Assembly (NCBI RefSeq): GCF_004010195.1
Contig: NC_057750.1
Span: 14,239,221 to 14,303,220, forward strand
DNA length: 64,000 bases
Direction: 5' to 3'
Source of the DNA: Chiloscyllium plagiosum
Lineage: Eukaryota
Numbering within the stretch: position 1 is the first letter of the stretch; every line of letters begins with the position of its first letter. Positions 28,076 through 40,746 of the stretch are shown here, one piece after another. Both the position numbers and the translations under genes were made by a program. Under the pieces are notes generated by a model. That model made no database searches. It saw only the letters and a list, made by a program, of their open reading frames with translations, and was not told where the DNA came from.

Positions 28076-28330
28076 TATCAGATTGAAGCAGACATTTTTG
28101 AATCAACCTGTTCAGAGATATTACACACTTCTGGAGCAGTCGTGGCTTAACCTGGCTCAGAGATGGGATGCCATTACTGCACCATGGGAACCCTATCATA
28201 TGGGAGCTTAGTAGGTGGCAAAGTTGATGCCACCTATTTAATGCCAAAGCCTAAAAGAAAATGTTGTCAGAGATTAAATTAGATTTCTCACTCTTGAAAT
28301 TAATATTTGCTCAACAAACTTTGTCCTTAG

Positions 28331-28452
28331 GCTATACTACACCAAGAGGGGCACATGGATGATGCACTTTCACTGTCTCGCTCACAACAAGAGGAATCAC
28401 AGGCCTCCCGAATGATCTTCAGTACAAATGGTCTCTTCAACCAATTCATTAA
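28331..28452 (+). CDS. ryr1: RyR exon (~ex12) [41 protein letters not shown]
   Basis: ccttag|GCT...AA|gtatgt; 122 nt. Confidence 0.95.
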
Positions 28453-28474
28453 GTATGTGTATTTCATGTCTTTG

Positions 28475-28865
28475 GAGGAAAGGTTGCATGGGTTAACTCA
28501 TTGGAGGTTAGAAGCATTGAAAGGTGGTCAGTTTGAAAGCATAAGATTAAGGAAATTTGACATAGGAAATGCTACAAGGATGTTTCTCCTCATGGAGGTG
28601 AAGGGGTGGTGGGGGGTGGAGAGTCTGGAACTTAAGGAGGACAGTTTAAGGTGGAAATGAGAGAGAATTTGTTCTGAGGATCATTAGACTTCAGAATTCT
28701 CTGCTGCAGAGTATCAGAGGCTAGGTCATTGAATATGTTCAAGTCTGAGTCGGGGCAGGTTATTGGTCAACAAGAGAGTCAAGGTTTTATATGGGCCAGA
28801 CATGAAAATACAATTAAGTTGGTGGAGCAAGTTCGAGGGGCCAAATGGCCTGTTTCTGCTCCTGC
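28475..28865 (+). mobile_element. Decayed CR1 3' fragment directly after an exon donor
   Basis: MSLEERL-like remnant and CR1-like 3'UTR. Confidence 0.6.
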
Positions 28866-29534
28866 AGGTCGTCTTTTGTTTTAATCTTTTTAAAAAAAGT
28901 TTAATTTATGGATGCTATCTTTGGCTCTATATGGAATAGCTAATAACTGTGGAAAATCCTTGTGTCAAGATTATTTGTAATACTAATAAATAAAAAAAAA
29001 TGAAGAGGGCATTCAGAATTTATGGACAGAATTGATAGGTTCGAGTGTGGGGTCACTGATCTGAAATGTTTCTCTCTTAAAAGAGACAGTCAAATCTGCT
29101 GAATATTTTTGGAAATTCTGTTTATTTTAAGTTAATGCATAGTTTGGACCCAAATTGTTAACTTGCATATTTTCTCCACAGACACTGATCTACTATATGT
29201 TTACAACATCGATATCATTTACAACAATACATGACGTTTTATTGGAGCATTCACCTCAGTTTATACTTCAATTCTGGTTCAATGTGCTGGCATTGTTTAT
29301 ATTTATAGGTTTTAAAATAAAAAACAAAATCTCCTAGTAATATTAACATTGTTATACTTACAGAAATCAATAGGACTCTGAAATTAATATTATGTAAGTT
29401 TAAAATCTCATTGGAAATAATTGAAATTGCAACCATATATGCTCATCCAGCAGTATATTGCCTGAGGAATATATAGAAATGTGCGTCTTTGAATTATTTT
29501 TACATATTCATGGTACCTATTTTTTTTAATGAAG

Positions 29535-29721
29535 AGGCCTAGATATGCTCAGTGGCAAGAATAAATCATCAGCTCCAGTGACGCTACCCATTGATTCGAT
29601 AGTGCTAAGCCTTCAAGACTTGATCAGCTACTTTCAACATCCAGAGGAGGAGCTTGCACATGAAGAAAAGCAGACTAAATTGCGCTCACTGAAGAATAGA
29701 CAGAATTTATTCCAGGAAGAG
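29535..29721 (+). CDS. ryr1: RyR exon (~ex13) [29 protein letters not shown]...RQNLFQEE
   Basis: atgaag|A GGC...GAG|gtaaat; 187 nt; phase 2 to 0. Confidence 0.93.
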
Positions 29722-30734
29722 GTAAATTGATAAAATTTTGGAATCGAAGAAAGAACTAGGTGGGTGAGGAACAATACCTAATTGACAGCTGAATTTGCAC
29801 CAGTTGAAATCAATAGAAGATAAATGAAGTGTAAATGATTTTCATCTACATTGTTTATATAATAGTACAGCCACTTGCCATGTTTTTGAAGTATTGACTA
29901 TATCTGAATTTTACAGAATCATTAATAAAGCTTAAAATAGTACCCGACCAATCATGAAATCAACATCGATTCTCCTTCCTGGCTTAAATTATATCTTGAT
30001 GGATAAGAACTAATGCTAACCATGTCAGATTTTTAATTGGTTAATAGTAGTTGAATTTTTGTTCAGTTCATTTGGATTAATAATTAGAGTAAGAGTAGAG
30101 ACCAACGGGATCACAGTCAGTTTCAGCAGCAGATGATGGAGAAAGACATAAAATGGGATTATAGCAGATCATCTGTCAGTTTTATTTTCCTTACAACTGA
30201 TTGCCAAAGTTGAATTTTACCTTCCATATCAGTGTTGAGCCCAGAAAATTATAAGCATGTGAAAGTCAAAAAGATTGGATGGTTTATGGGACATTTTATA
30301 ACAAAGAGAAGAAAGTTGTCAAATCTTAAGTAGGCTCATTAGCAGCCTTACCAAAGGCTGAAGATGCAAGAATTAGGGAGCAAAGGGAATTCCAAATCTG
30401 AACTTTAAGGCAGTGGTTGACTGCTTATTCCACTTGTTGTCTGAGTACTATAGAGTATATAAATAGCAAATGTCTGTAACTCAGATAGAACAGTTCTGTT
30501 TTTCATAGCTTGCTGAACCAGATGTAGATAGGTGTGTTCAGGTTTTATATTTATCATTATTGTGGTTGTGCCAAATGAACTCCACTGGCCAATGATCAGT
30601 CTGGCATTCCTCCTTTCATACAGTACCACCCACAGATGACAGGTCAGGCAGAAGTAGTATTTGGTGTTTTAAATATCTTTCAAACCTTTGCACATATGTA
30701 TACTTCTGGCTTTCCTGGCACAAACTACGTTTAG

Positions 30735-31712
30735 GAGAAAGTGAGGTCTGCAGATGCTGGAGATCAGAGCTGAAAATGTGTTGCTGGAAAAGCGCAGCAG
30801 GTCAGGCAGCATCCAGGGAACAGGAGAATCGATGTTTCGGGCATAAGCCCTTCTTCAGGAATGAGGAAAGTTTGTCCAGCAGGCTAAGATAAAAGGTACA
30901 GAGGAAGGACTTGGGGGAGGGGCGTCAGAAATGTGATGTTGTTGTGGTTTGGCGGTGGATGAGTCCAATGACCTGCATATCCTCGGTGGAGTGGGAGGGG
31001 GAGTTGAGATGCTGTGCTACAGGTTGGTTGGGTTGGTTCGTCCGGGTGGCCCAGAGGTGCTCTCTGAATCGCTCCGCAAGTAGGCGGCCTGTCTCCCCAA
31101 TATAGAGGAGGCCACACCGGCTGCAGCGGATGCAGTAGATGATGTGGGTGGAGGTGCAGGTGAATCTGTGGCGGATATGGAAGTTTCCCTTGGGGCCTTG
31201 GAGAGAAGTGAGGGGGGAGGTGTGGGCGCAAGTGTTGCACCTCCTGCGGTTGCAAGGGAAGGTGCCGGGAGTGGTGGTTGGGTCGGTGGGGGGTGTGGAT
31301 CTGACAAGGGAGTCGCGGAGGGAGTGGTCTCTACGGAAAGCTGATAGGGGTGGGGAGGGAAATATATCCTTGGTGCTGGGTCTGTTTGGAGGTGGCGGAA
31401 GTGACGGCGGATGATGCGCTGTACATGGAGATTGGTGGGGTGGTAGGTGAGGACCAGTGGGGTTCTGTCCTGGTGGCGGTTGGAGGGGCGGGGCTCAAGG
31501 GCGGAGGAGCGGAAAGTGGAAGAGATGCGGTGGAGGGCATCGTTGACCACGTCGGGGGGGAAATTGCGGTCCTTGAAGAAGGAGGCCATCTGGGTTGTAC
31601 GTTTTTGGAACTAGTCCTCCTGGGAGCAGATGCGGCGGAGACGAAGGAATTGGGAGAATGGGATGGAGTTTTTACAGGGGGCAGGATGGGAGGAGGTGTA
31701 GTCCTCCTCCCC
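30735..31712 (-). mobile_element. Penelope-like element (Neptune-type), 5'-truncated: linker and GIY-YIG endonuclease plus terminal repeat with hammerhead
   Basis: Minus strand encodes GTFPCNRRRCNTC and FTCTSTHIIYCIRCSRCGLLYIGETGR...RFREH. 11-bp TSD ACTACGTTTAG (30724-30734 and 31713-31723). Confidence 0.9.
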
Positions 31713-32791
31713 ACTACGTTTAGACTTGGAATCTGTATCTGCTGAATCAATTTCTAGGGGCCTCTGATTGCTGTTGATATGTGAAGGGCGCTAGTGAGAG
31801 GACATGAAGTTGCTTTCATTCAACTGTGAACCTGACAGATATTCCCTTTTTTGTGTGTACGCCTGATCACGGAATTATATGTAGGATACTGTTTGGCCCA
31901 TTGTGTCTACACTAGCTCCCCAAATCATTAGTTCCCCTTGTGCCACCCTCATCTTTCCCAGTAGTCCTTACATGTTCTTCTTGTTTATCAGAACCGACTG
32001 TACGGTAATCTATAATGCAATAGTTCCATTCTCGTGCAATCTTGCGTTACAGGCTTGGAGGGCCGAAGGGCCTGTTCCTGGGCTGTAAATTTTCTTTGTT
32101 TAATAAGAAAATTGTGCAATAGCTGCGCTATTTAAACTAATGGGGCTGGAATCGGATTACCCCAGCCAATATAGGTAAGGAAAGTTTGCATTTACAAATA
32201 ATGGTCTAACTTCTGCAATCGTTTAAAGCCAATTTGCGTTGAAGAAACAAGCATTATAACAAAACTGACTGCATAAGAATTAATATTTGGAAATTCATTG
32301 CCATTAATGAGTCTGTAAAAACAACCATGTAATTGATACAAATATTTATGGCAATCCAAGTGTCAGGAGAGAAGAAAAGAGGAAAGATAGGTCAGAAAAG
32401 AGTTTACAAATTCCATATTATTGTTCAAATAAAGGGAAAGTTCTGGTTAGTAATACCAGACTTGAAGAACAGGAATAGTGCTCTCAAAAGAATTAACTTA
32501 TTACAAAACCGCTGCCTGTTGAGGCAGGAGCTTCCACTGCATTTACATTTGGCTGTCAGCAATCTGGGTAGTGCACAAAAAAAGGAGAGATATGGTGTGG
32601 CAGACCTTCACCTGTTTTTGGCTGGCTCTAGCACCTTTACAGCATACGTATTCCATGTGTCAGGAACAAGATAACCAGAACCAGATCCTGGTCAATTTTA
32701 TAAGGAAACAGTAACTGTATTGCTAAGGCAGCAGATTTTGTGTTAATATAACATGTAACAATTACTACTAACTATGCACGGTTTGTTCCAG

Positions 32792-32927
32792 GGCATGATC
32801 CAGCTGGTATTGGATTCCATTGACCGACTGAATATGTATAACAGTGCAGCTCATTTCTCAGAGTTTGCAGGAGAAGAGGCAGCTGAGTCCTGGAAAGAAA
32901 TTGTAAACCTGTATTATGAACTGCTGG
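32792..32927 (+). CDS. ryr1: RyR exon (~ex14) [16 protein letters not shown]...[12 protein letters not shown]
   Basis: ttccag|GGC...CTGG|gtatgg; 136 nt. Confidence 0.95.
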
Positions 32928-33375
32928 GTATGGAACCTAAACAATGTGTAGATGAAAAGATCGCAAAATTGAATTGTTGCTGTATTCCACTGATATAATT
33001 ACCATAACATGTAGTGATATTATCTGGTAGAAGTAAATTCCTGACCTAATTGTACCTCTTTTTAAAAATAAATAATGGTAGTTGTAAGATCCTTTTTCTC
33101 TTAAGATTTCTTATTGTCACTTCTTAAATTTGACAGAATGATGAAAATTATCTTGTTTCATATTAAACCCTAAGCTACTCGATAAAGTCAGATGTTGACT
33201 AGTCTCCTTGATATTCACTAACCTCAAATGACACAAACAGATTACCTGCTTATTTTCTTAATTGCTGATTATAGAGCTATGCTGTTTACAAATTGGTTGT
33301 CATTGTTCAGTGAATTACAACAGTTTTGGTATATTTCAAAAGTATACTTCATTGCCTGTGAAGCACTTTGTGATG

Positions 33376-33883
33376 TCATAAAGTCATAGAGATGTACAGC
33401 ACGGAAACAGACCCTTCGGTCCAACCCATCCATGCCGACCAGATATCCCAACCCGATTTAGTCCCACTTGCCAGCACCCGGCCCATATCCCTCCAAACCC
33501 TTCCTATTCATATACCCATCCAAATGCCTCTTAAATGTTGTAATTGTACCAGCCTCCACCACATCCTCTGGCAGCTCTTTCCATACACGTACCACCCTCT
33601 GCGCGAAAAAGTTGCCCCTTAGGTCTCTTTTATATCTTTCCCCTCTCACCTTAAACCTATGCCCTCTAGTTCTGGACTGCCCAACCCCAGGGAAAAGACT
33701 TTGTCTATTTATCCTATCCATGCCCCTCATAATTTGTAAACCTCTATAAAGTCACCCCTCAGCCTCTGACGCTCCAGGGAAAACAGCCGCAGCCTGTTCA
33801 GCCTCTCCCTGTAGCTCAGATCCTCCAACCTTGGCAACATCCTTGTAAATCTTTTCTGAACCCTTTCAGGTTTCACAACATCC
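33376..33883 (-). mobile_element. CR1 LINE 3' fragment of a young family (same as 1936-2435)
   Basis: High visual identity to 1945-2435. Confidence 0.9.
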
Positions 33884-34434
33884 TGAAGTTACAATAGTTT
33901 CCTATTATAATTACAAATTCTTAACTTATTTTTCCACTCTCCACCCAGCTTCTGCTTATTCAGTTACACAGGCTGCCAATCATCAGTAATTTTTTTTCAC
34001 TCATGCAGTATCACTGTCAAGATTGCCTTTTTCAGCTTTCTCTCCTATGAGAGCTGATTCTCATCCTCTCCAGGTCCTCCCTCCTGCTCAAATGTCCCTT
34101 GTTTCCTATCAGTTTTATGGATGCCTTTGGTCAAAACTCTATCTTTGGATTTTTCTAGTTTTCACCTTGCTCTTACTATCTCATTGACCCTAGATAAAAT
34201 TACAAATGTCATTATCTGTGATTAGGACAATGACTTTTTAAAAATTCTTCATTTCCAGGATGTAGACTTTTCTGACTCGGCCAACGTTTATTCCCCTCAT
34301 TTTTCCTTGAGAAGGTGGTGATGTGGCCACCAATAAAATGCAACAGATTTTCAGGTCTTTTTGATTTTTGCTGTCAAATTGTAAATTGTTCTTGCTGCAT
34401 CATTTATTATTGCAATATTTTTCTTCTTGTACAG

Positions 34435-34530
34435 CATCCCTCATCCGTGGCAATCGCAGGAACTGTGCTCTGTTCTCTGATAATCTAGACTGGTTAGTCA
34501 GCAAGCTAGATCGACTGGAGGCTTCCTCAG
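34435..34530 (+). CDS. ryr1: RyR exon (~ex15) [32 protein letters not shown]
   Basis: gtacag|CA...CAG|gtatgg; 96 nt. Confidence 0.95.
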
Positions 34531-35142
34531 GTATGGTTCTGACACCATAATTCTAATAAACTGAGGTACACCTTGCCAATGATTTGTTCTGGTTTTTAGA
34601 AAGGATGTTTTACAATGTTGATATTGCACAGAATTTAATTGTTCAAAAATTTTGGCCAGGAAATCTGCTCAGATGTACCTTCCACCAACTGTGCTAGCAT
34701 AATTTCATGGAAGTACTCTTTATAGTTTTAAATAGAGCATCTGTGGAATTTTCTGCATTAGTCCATTGTAACCTCAATGATAGTCCTCCATATTGTCTTT
34801 AAATTCTAGGAAGCTGATTTTAGTTCATTGTATTAGTTAGGAGTGGAGCAGTGGTAGACCATAGTGTATCTATCTTTCAATACATTCACTCACCATTTTC
34901 CTGGGCTCTCCAATTGTTAGTCTGTTAATGGAAGCCTTATTCCAATATGTTAATTGGAGTTCTTTAACATAAATAGGACAGCAATACAATTTCTAAAGTA
35001 CCAATGGATGTTGCATTTTGTTCCATGTTTGCGTTCCCAAAGGGTTGTTCTCATTCTCTAAAGAGTATTGCAATATGATGCATGTGTAATGACATCAGCA
35101 GGTACACAGCAGAGCGTTCATAACAATGTAAATCAAATGAAT

Positions 35143-35490
35143 TGGTGGGTATGAGCTATAGGGAGAGGCTGAATAGGCTTGGGGTTTTTCCCTGAAATGT
35201 CAGAGGCTGAGCGATGACCTTACAGAGATGCATAAAATCATGAAGGGCATGGATGGGGTGAATAGCCGCGGTCTTTTCCCTGGTGTGGGGGAGTCCAAAA
35301 CTAGAAGGCATAGATTTAAAATGAGGAGGAAAGATTTAAAAGGGAACTAAGGGGCAACTTTTTCACACAGAGGGTGGTGTGTGTATGGAATGAGCTGCTG
35401 GAAGAAGTGGTGGAGGCTGGTACAATTATAACATTTAAAAGGCACCTGGATGAGTACATGAATGGGAAGGGTTTTGAGGGATATTGATGC
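35143..35490 (+). mobile_element. CR1 3' fragment
   Basis: MSYRERLNRLG...FFTQRVVCVWNEL. Confidence 0.85.
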
Positions 35491-36121
35491 AGCAATGTCA
35501 TACTTTGATTTCCTGTCATTTTTTTAAAATCAAAAGTGTCTCCAAGATCTGCAGGAGGACCACACTTTTCAGTTTTCAGTGATTCAGTGGATTCATTGGA
35601 TGGATTTCAAAGTTGATTTATTCCCATCGCCAGTTTTCTTCTTGTTAAGTTTCAAGAAAGTTAGGAGACCAAAGTGCTTGAAAACAGCAAGAGCTTTATT
35701 ATTATACGAGTTGTTCACTCTGTAGGCAGCAAGACTGGATTAGGCTATTGCTTTCCAAAATGGCTGATGACATCAACAATGATAACACCATGTGATGTCA
35801 CTCTTAAAGTGTCATTCCACCATACTTACCAAATATATAATAGTTAACCTTTCCACAAGGATACTGATCTAAATTCTGCTCTGTTTACAAGATGGATAGG
35901 TTGTATCTAAAGGGCCTGTCCTGCCTTAAAATTGGTCCCAGTTTCCCAAGACTTTAAAGTTTTGTTTCTGACACCACACAGCCAATTTCTTCTGTTGGAT
36001 TATGAGCTGAACTCTGAAAGTGGCCATGATGGGATGTTGGTCATAATCATCCCAGAGGCAGGAAAATGTGTAGCTAATTAAGGATAGTGGACAGACTGTA
36101 TGAGTTAACAAATTTGGAGGA

Positions 36122-36253
36122 CAAACATATAAATAGAAAGCAGGAGACAACAGCTTCGCTTCACTTGGAGGTCGCCACTGATGATGTTACCTAGCCAGGT
36201 AATGAAACATCTGGATATCAAACCTACAGTTCAGCGAGCAAACCTACACCCTA
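36122..36253 (+). mobile_element. 132-bp PLE-terminus insert with a hammerhead motif (family C)
   Basis: 12-bp TSD AAATTTGGAGGA (36110-36121 and 36254-36265). Motif: CCA-CTGATGA-T-GTTACC-TAGCCA-GGTAAT-GAAA-CA-TC-TGG. Confidence 0.8.
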
Positions 36254-36814
36254 AAATTTGGAGGAGTAAACCATTCACTAAGATTATGGTTGATCTGATT
36301 ATGGCCTTACTTCTACATTCCCACCTATTCCTGTGTTTTTTCACTCCCTTATTAGTCAAAAATCTACCTACCTCATTTTTTAAAAAATACACAGTGACCC
36401 TCCCTCCACCATTCTGTGGGGAAACGTATTCAAAACTGACAGAAAAAAATTCTGCTTATTTCTGCTTTAAACAGGAGCCCCTTTATTTTCCAGTTGCATC
36501 AAGGGAAGTGGGAGGCCCAAATGGAGGGGCCACAGCAAAGTCTGTCTGGCACTCTACACAATGGCTCTCAGTAGGAAATCCATCCAACATTTCCCCAACT
36601 GCTCCATTAATAGGCACAACAAGCTTGTGTCCAGAAACAGAAACAGAAATTGCTGGAAAAGCTTAGCAGGTCTGGCAGCACCTGTGGAGAGTGTCCCTGC
36701 CTCAGAATGCCTTACCTACTGACTGTATTCATGATTGCAAATAATGTGAATGTTTTCATTGTTGGAATTTCTGATGTGAAGCAGGGATGATGTGTACTTA
36801 AGTATGTGGACTGT

Positions 36815-36941
36815 CACCTGATAAAGGGCTTTTGCCCGAAACGTTGATTTTCCTGCTCCTCGGATGCTGCCTGACCTGCTGTGCTCTTCCAGCACTACAC
36901 TCGACTCTAATCTCCAGCATCTGCAGTCCTCCCCTTTGCCT
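36815..36941 (+). mobile_element. Family-A PLE terminus; hammerhead core mutated (CTGATAA)
   Basis: Homologous to 589-678 and to the reverse complement of 30735-30862. Confidence 0.75.
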
Positions 36942-37448
36942 ACGTTAATGTCTTCAGCCACTTTGGAGGGAACTGGCTCATTGTAATCTTGCTGGCTGTA
37001 GAGTAAACACATTATATAATAAAGCTCTTGATGTTAATTTAATCTCTTAGCCTTCTTAAAACATAACATCATGAACGATGGGATGTATCTAAACAAAGCC
37101 GAGCCCAGGTTAATATCCTTGTGGAAAGGTGAACCATCACCACCAGGTTGGGCAAAAGCTGAAGAAAGTGAATGGCAGATAGGGGAGACGGTATTAGAAA
37201 TATTTCTGAATTATAGGTGGGACCATTGAAAGGAAAATTAAGAAATCGAAGTTAGACTTGATGTGCATTTGTGTAAATATACAAGTGTACTTAATAATGA
37301 GCACCAGGTCCAACTTGTCATACAGAAGCATTACAGAGCAACAAGATATAATGAAGAGCTGGCTCAAAAAAGGGGAAGTTCAGATGTTTACCAATCGGGA
37401 ATTAACTATGTGCATTTCTGTAGATTGCTATGTAAAATCCTATATTGA

Positions 37449-37652
<204 letters not shown>

Positions 37653-37795
37653 TAAAATGAGGAGTACTTCATGCTTGAAATCTTGGGCTTCTTTAGAAGT
37701 TGCATTTATTGTTATCCTCTAACTCTGCAATTTACCTCAAAGAATGTCTTGGGTCTCAAGTAAAATTATTGGGATTTATTTTGTACTTTTCACAG

Positions 37796-37929
37796 GTGTT
37801 AGATGTGCTGCGCTCTCTCTGTGTCTGCAACGGCGTGGCTGTACGATCCAACCAAAATCTTATTACGGAGAATTTACTTCCAGGTCGTGACCTGCTGCTC
37901 CAAACAAACATGATTAATTATGTCACAAG
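37796..37929 (+). CDS. ryr1: RyR exon (~ex17) [45 protein letters not shown]
   Basis: tcacag|GTG...AG|gtataa; 134 nt; includes the R614-equivalent residue. Confidence 0.95.
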
Positions 37930-38289
37930 GTATAACAATCACAACATTGCTAAACTGCTTAAATCAATATTCCTGGTGTATTTTTTGAAGCCACAATATC
38001 TTTATTGCTTGGTTTCAAGACACTGAATGTATTAAGTTAGTGGTATGCATTGTTATTTTGGAAATGAGATTGCATTTTGGAGAAAAATGTAAATCTATCA
38101 GGTTTATAGCCCTTAGAGAGAAGATAATTCCTCACTAGGGGACATAAACATAGAAAATATTTATTTTTCTGTAGAAGTAAAGCAGTTTTCTTTTTTGCTT
38201 TAGCTCATCTTGCATTTGAAATTTATCAAATTGCATTCCAGTCATCAACTATAGTTAAATCTTTTCAATCTTTTATTTTAAATTTACAG

Positions 38290-38531
38290 CATGAGGCCTA
38301 ATATCTTTGTGGGTATATGTGAAGGTTCTACACAATACAAGAAATGGTACTTTGAACTGATGGTGGATTATGTTGATCCATTTTTAATGCCACAGCCTGT
38401 TCATCTGCGAGTGGGCTGGGCTTTAACAGAGGGTTACAGCCCTTACCCAGGAGGAGGTGAGGGCTGGGGAAGTAATGGAGTTGGAGATGATTTGTATTCT
38501 TATGGTTTTGATGGACTTCATCTGTGGTCAG
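38290..38531 (+). CDS. ryr1: RyR exon (~ex18), SPRY1: MRPNIFVG...KWYFELMVD...DGLHLWS
   Basis: ttacag|C ATG...TCAG|gtcagt; 242 nt. Confidence 0.95.
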
Positions 38532-38660
38532 GTCAGTGATTCTTCTGTTCTTAAGGTTTTATTATTCATTATTGATAAAACTGCTGTTCCTAAGTGTGAC
38601 ACTCTTACTCCCTCATTTAAAATGTGCCATGATGGTTTGTTAATGTTTAGAATGGATAAT

Positions 38661-38791
38661 GTTGTTGTGGTTCTGTTTGCCGAGCTGGGAATTTGTGTTG
38701 CAAACGCTTCGTCCCCTGCAACACAAATTCCCAGCTCGGCGAACAGAACCATAACAACGAGCACTCAAGCTATAAATTTTCTCACAAACTT
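38661..38791. mobile_element. Fold-back (42-bp arm hairpin) remnant of the PLE terminus seen at 56806-56883
   Basis: Arms at 38661-38702 and 38717-38758. TSD TGGATAAT (38653-38660 and 38792-38799). Confidence 0.85.
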
Positions 38792-38983
38792 TGGATAATA
38801 TTTGTGTATGTTCAGTTCCCTTGCTATCTACCCCATGGCTGTTTCTTTACCACCCACCTGCCTTCTGCTTACAGTCATTGAGGAAGGAGGTACGCAGAGA
38901 ACCAACGTCCCAATCTCTCCCTCTGCAATCAGTTTCTCAACCGCCCCCTTCTCTGCTCCTGCTATGCCTGATCCTGGCATGGA

Positions 38984-40262
38984 GGCACTGTGGTTAACGT
39001 TGCTCCTCACAGTGCCAGGGACCCCAGGTTCGATTTCAGCCTCAGGCAATTGTTTGTGTGGAGTTTGCACATTCTCCCCATATCTGCATGGATTTCCTCC
39101 AGGTGTTCTGGTTTCCTCTCTCAGTCAAAGACATGCAGATTAGGTGGATTGGCCATGCTAAATTTGCTATAATGTGCAGGCTAGATGGGTTAGCCATGGG
39201 AAATGCGGGGTTATATATTAATGATCTGGATGAAGGGACTGGGGGCATTCTAACGAAGTTTGCCGATGATATGAAGTTAGGTGGACAGGCAGGTAGTACT
39301 GAGGAAGTGGGGAGGCTGTAGAAGGATCTAGACAGTTTGGGAGAGCTGATGAAATTCAACGTGAGCAAATGTGAGGTCTTGCACTTTGGAAAAAAGAATA
39401 CAAGCATGGACTACTTTCTAAACGGTGAGAAAATTCATAAAGCCAAAGTACAAAGGGATCTGGGAGTGCTAGTCGAGGATTCTCTAAAGGTAAACATGCA
39501 GGTTGAATCCATGATTAAGAAAGCGAATGCAATGTTGTCATTTATCTCGAGGGTTGGAATATAAAAGCAGCGATGTGCTACTGAGCCTGTATAAAGCACT
39601 GGTTAGGCCCCATTTGGAGTACTGTGTCCAGTTTTGGGCCCCACACCTCAGGAGGAACATACTGGCACTGGAGCGTGTCCAGTGGAGATTCACACGGATG
39701 ATCCCTGGAATAGCAGGTCTAACAAATGAGGAACGGCTGAGGATCCTGGGATTGTATTCATTGGAGTTTAGAAGGTTATAGGGAGATCTAATAGAAATTT
39801 ACAAGATAATACATGGCTTAGAAAGAGTGGACGCTAAGAAATTGTTTCCGTTAGGCAAGGAGACTAGGACCCGTGGACACAGCCTTAGAATTAGAGGGGG
39901 TAAATTCAGAACAGAAATGCGGAGACATTACTTCAGCCAGAGAGTGGTGGGCCTGTGGAATTCATTGCCGCAGAGTGCAGTGGAGGCTGGGACGCTAAAT
40001 GGCTTCAAGGCCGAGATTGATAAATTCTTGATGTCACAAGGAATTAAGGGCTACGGGGAGAATGCAGGTAAGTGGAGTTGAAATGCCCATCAGCCATGAT
40101 TAAATGGCAGGGTGGACTCGATGGGCCGAATGGCCTTACTTCCACTCCTATGTCTTATGGTTACAGGGAGAGGGTAGAGTGTGGTTCTGGGTGGGATGCT
40201 CTTCAGAGGGTTAGTGTGGACTTGATGGGCCGAATGGCCTGCTTCCACACTGCATGGATTCT
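38984..40262 (+). mobile_element. HE1/V-SINE-like element split by a CR1 insertion (~39210-40160)
   Basis: SINE head and body at 38984-39210, CR1 RT C-terminus ([17 protein letters not shown]), SINE tail resumes at ~40161. Confidence 0.85.
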
Positions 40263-40553
40263 ATCCTCAACTTTGGAAGTTGTGGCTTGTACATCCAAGT
40301 CTACATCATTAGTATCAATCAAGACAATCAGTGGTTCTAACACTGACGCCTGGGGAACACAAATCTACCTGCCTCCAGTCTGTTCTCCACTATTCACTAT
40401 TATTTATCATTCAGTCAATTTTTATCTATGCTGCTTAGTATTTTTATAGTACAGTTGGAAAATATTCACCTTTAGTCTGTGAATTACCTGCAAAAGATGT
40501 GTTGGAGTGTTTTGAAAACAACAAATTCTATTTTCTTTTATTTGTGTATACAG

Positions 40554-40746
40554 GACATATTGCCAAGACAGTTGCTTCACCCGATGCACACAGTCTTGCT
40601 GCTGATGATGTAGTTAGCTGCTGTCTTGATTTGAGTGTCCCCAGTATCTCTTTTCGGATTAATGGCCATCCCGTGCAAGGCATGTTTGAAAATTTTAACG
40701 TTGATGGCCTCTTCTTTCCTGTGGTTAGCTTTTCTGCAGGAGTTAG
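40554..40746 (+). CDS. ryr1: RyR exon (~ex19), SPRY1: [10 protein letters not shown]...[11 protein letters not shown]
   Basis: atacag|GA...AG|gtgagt; 193 nt; ends in phase 2. Confidence 0.95.

Noticed and set aside
36818..36846. Hammerhead copy as an active ribozyme
   Set aside because: The core reads CTGATAA (G8 to A), which is expected to inactivate it; kept only as a repeat.
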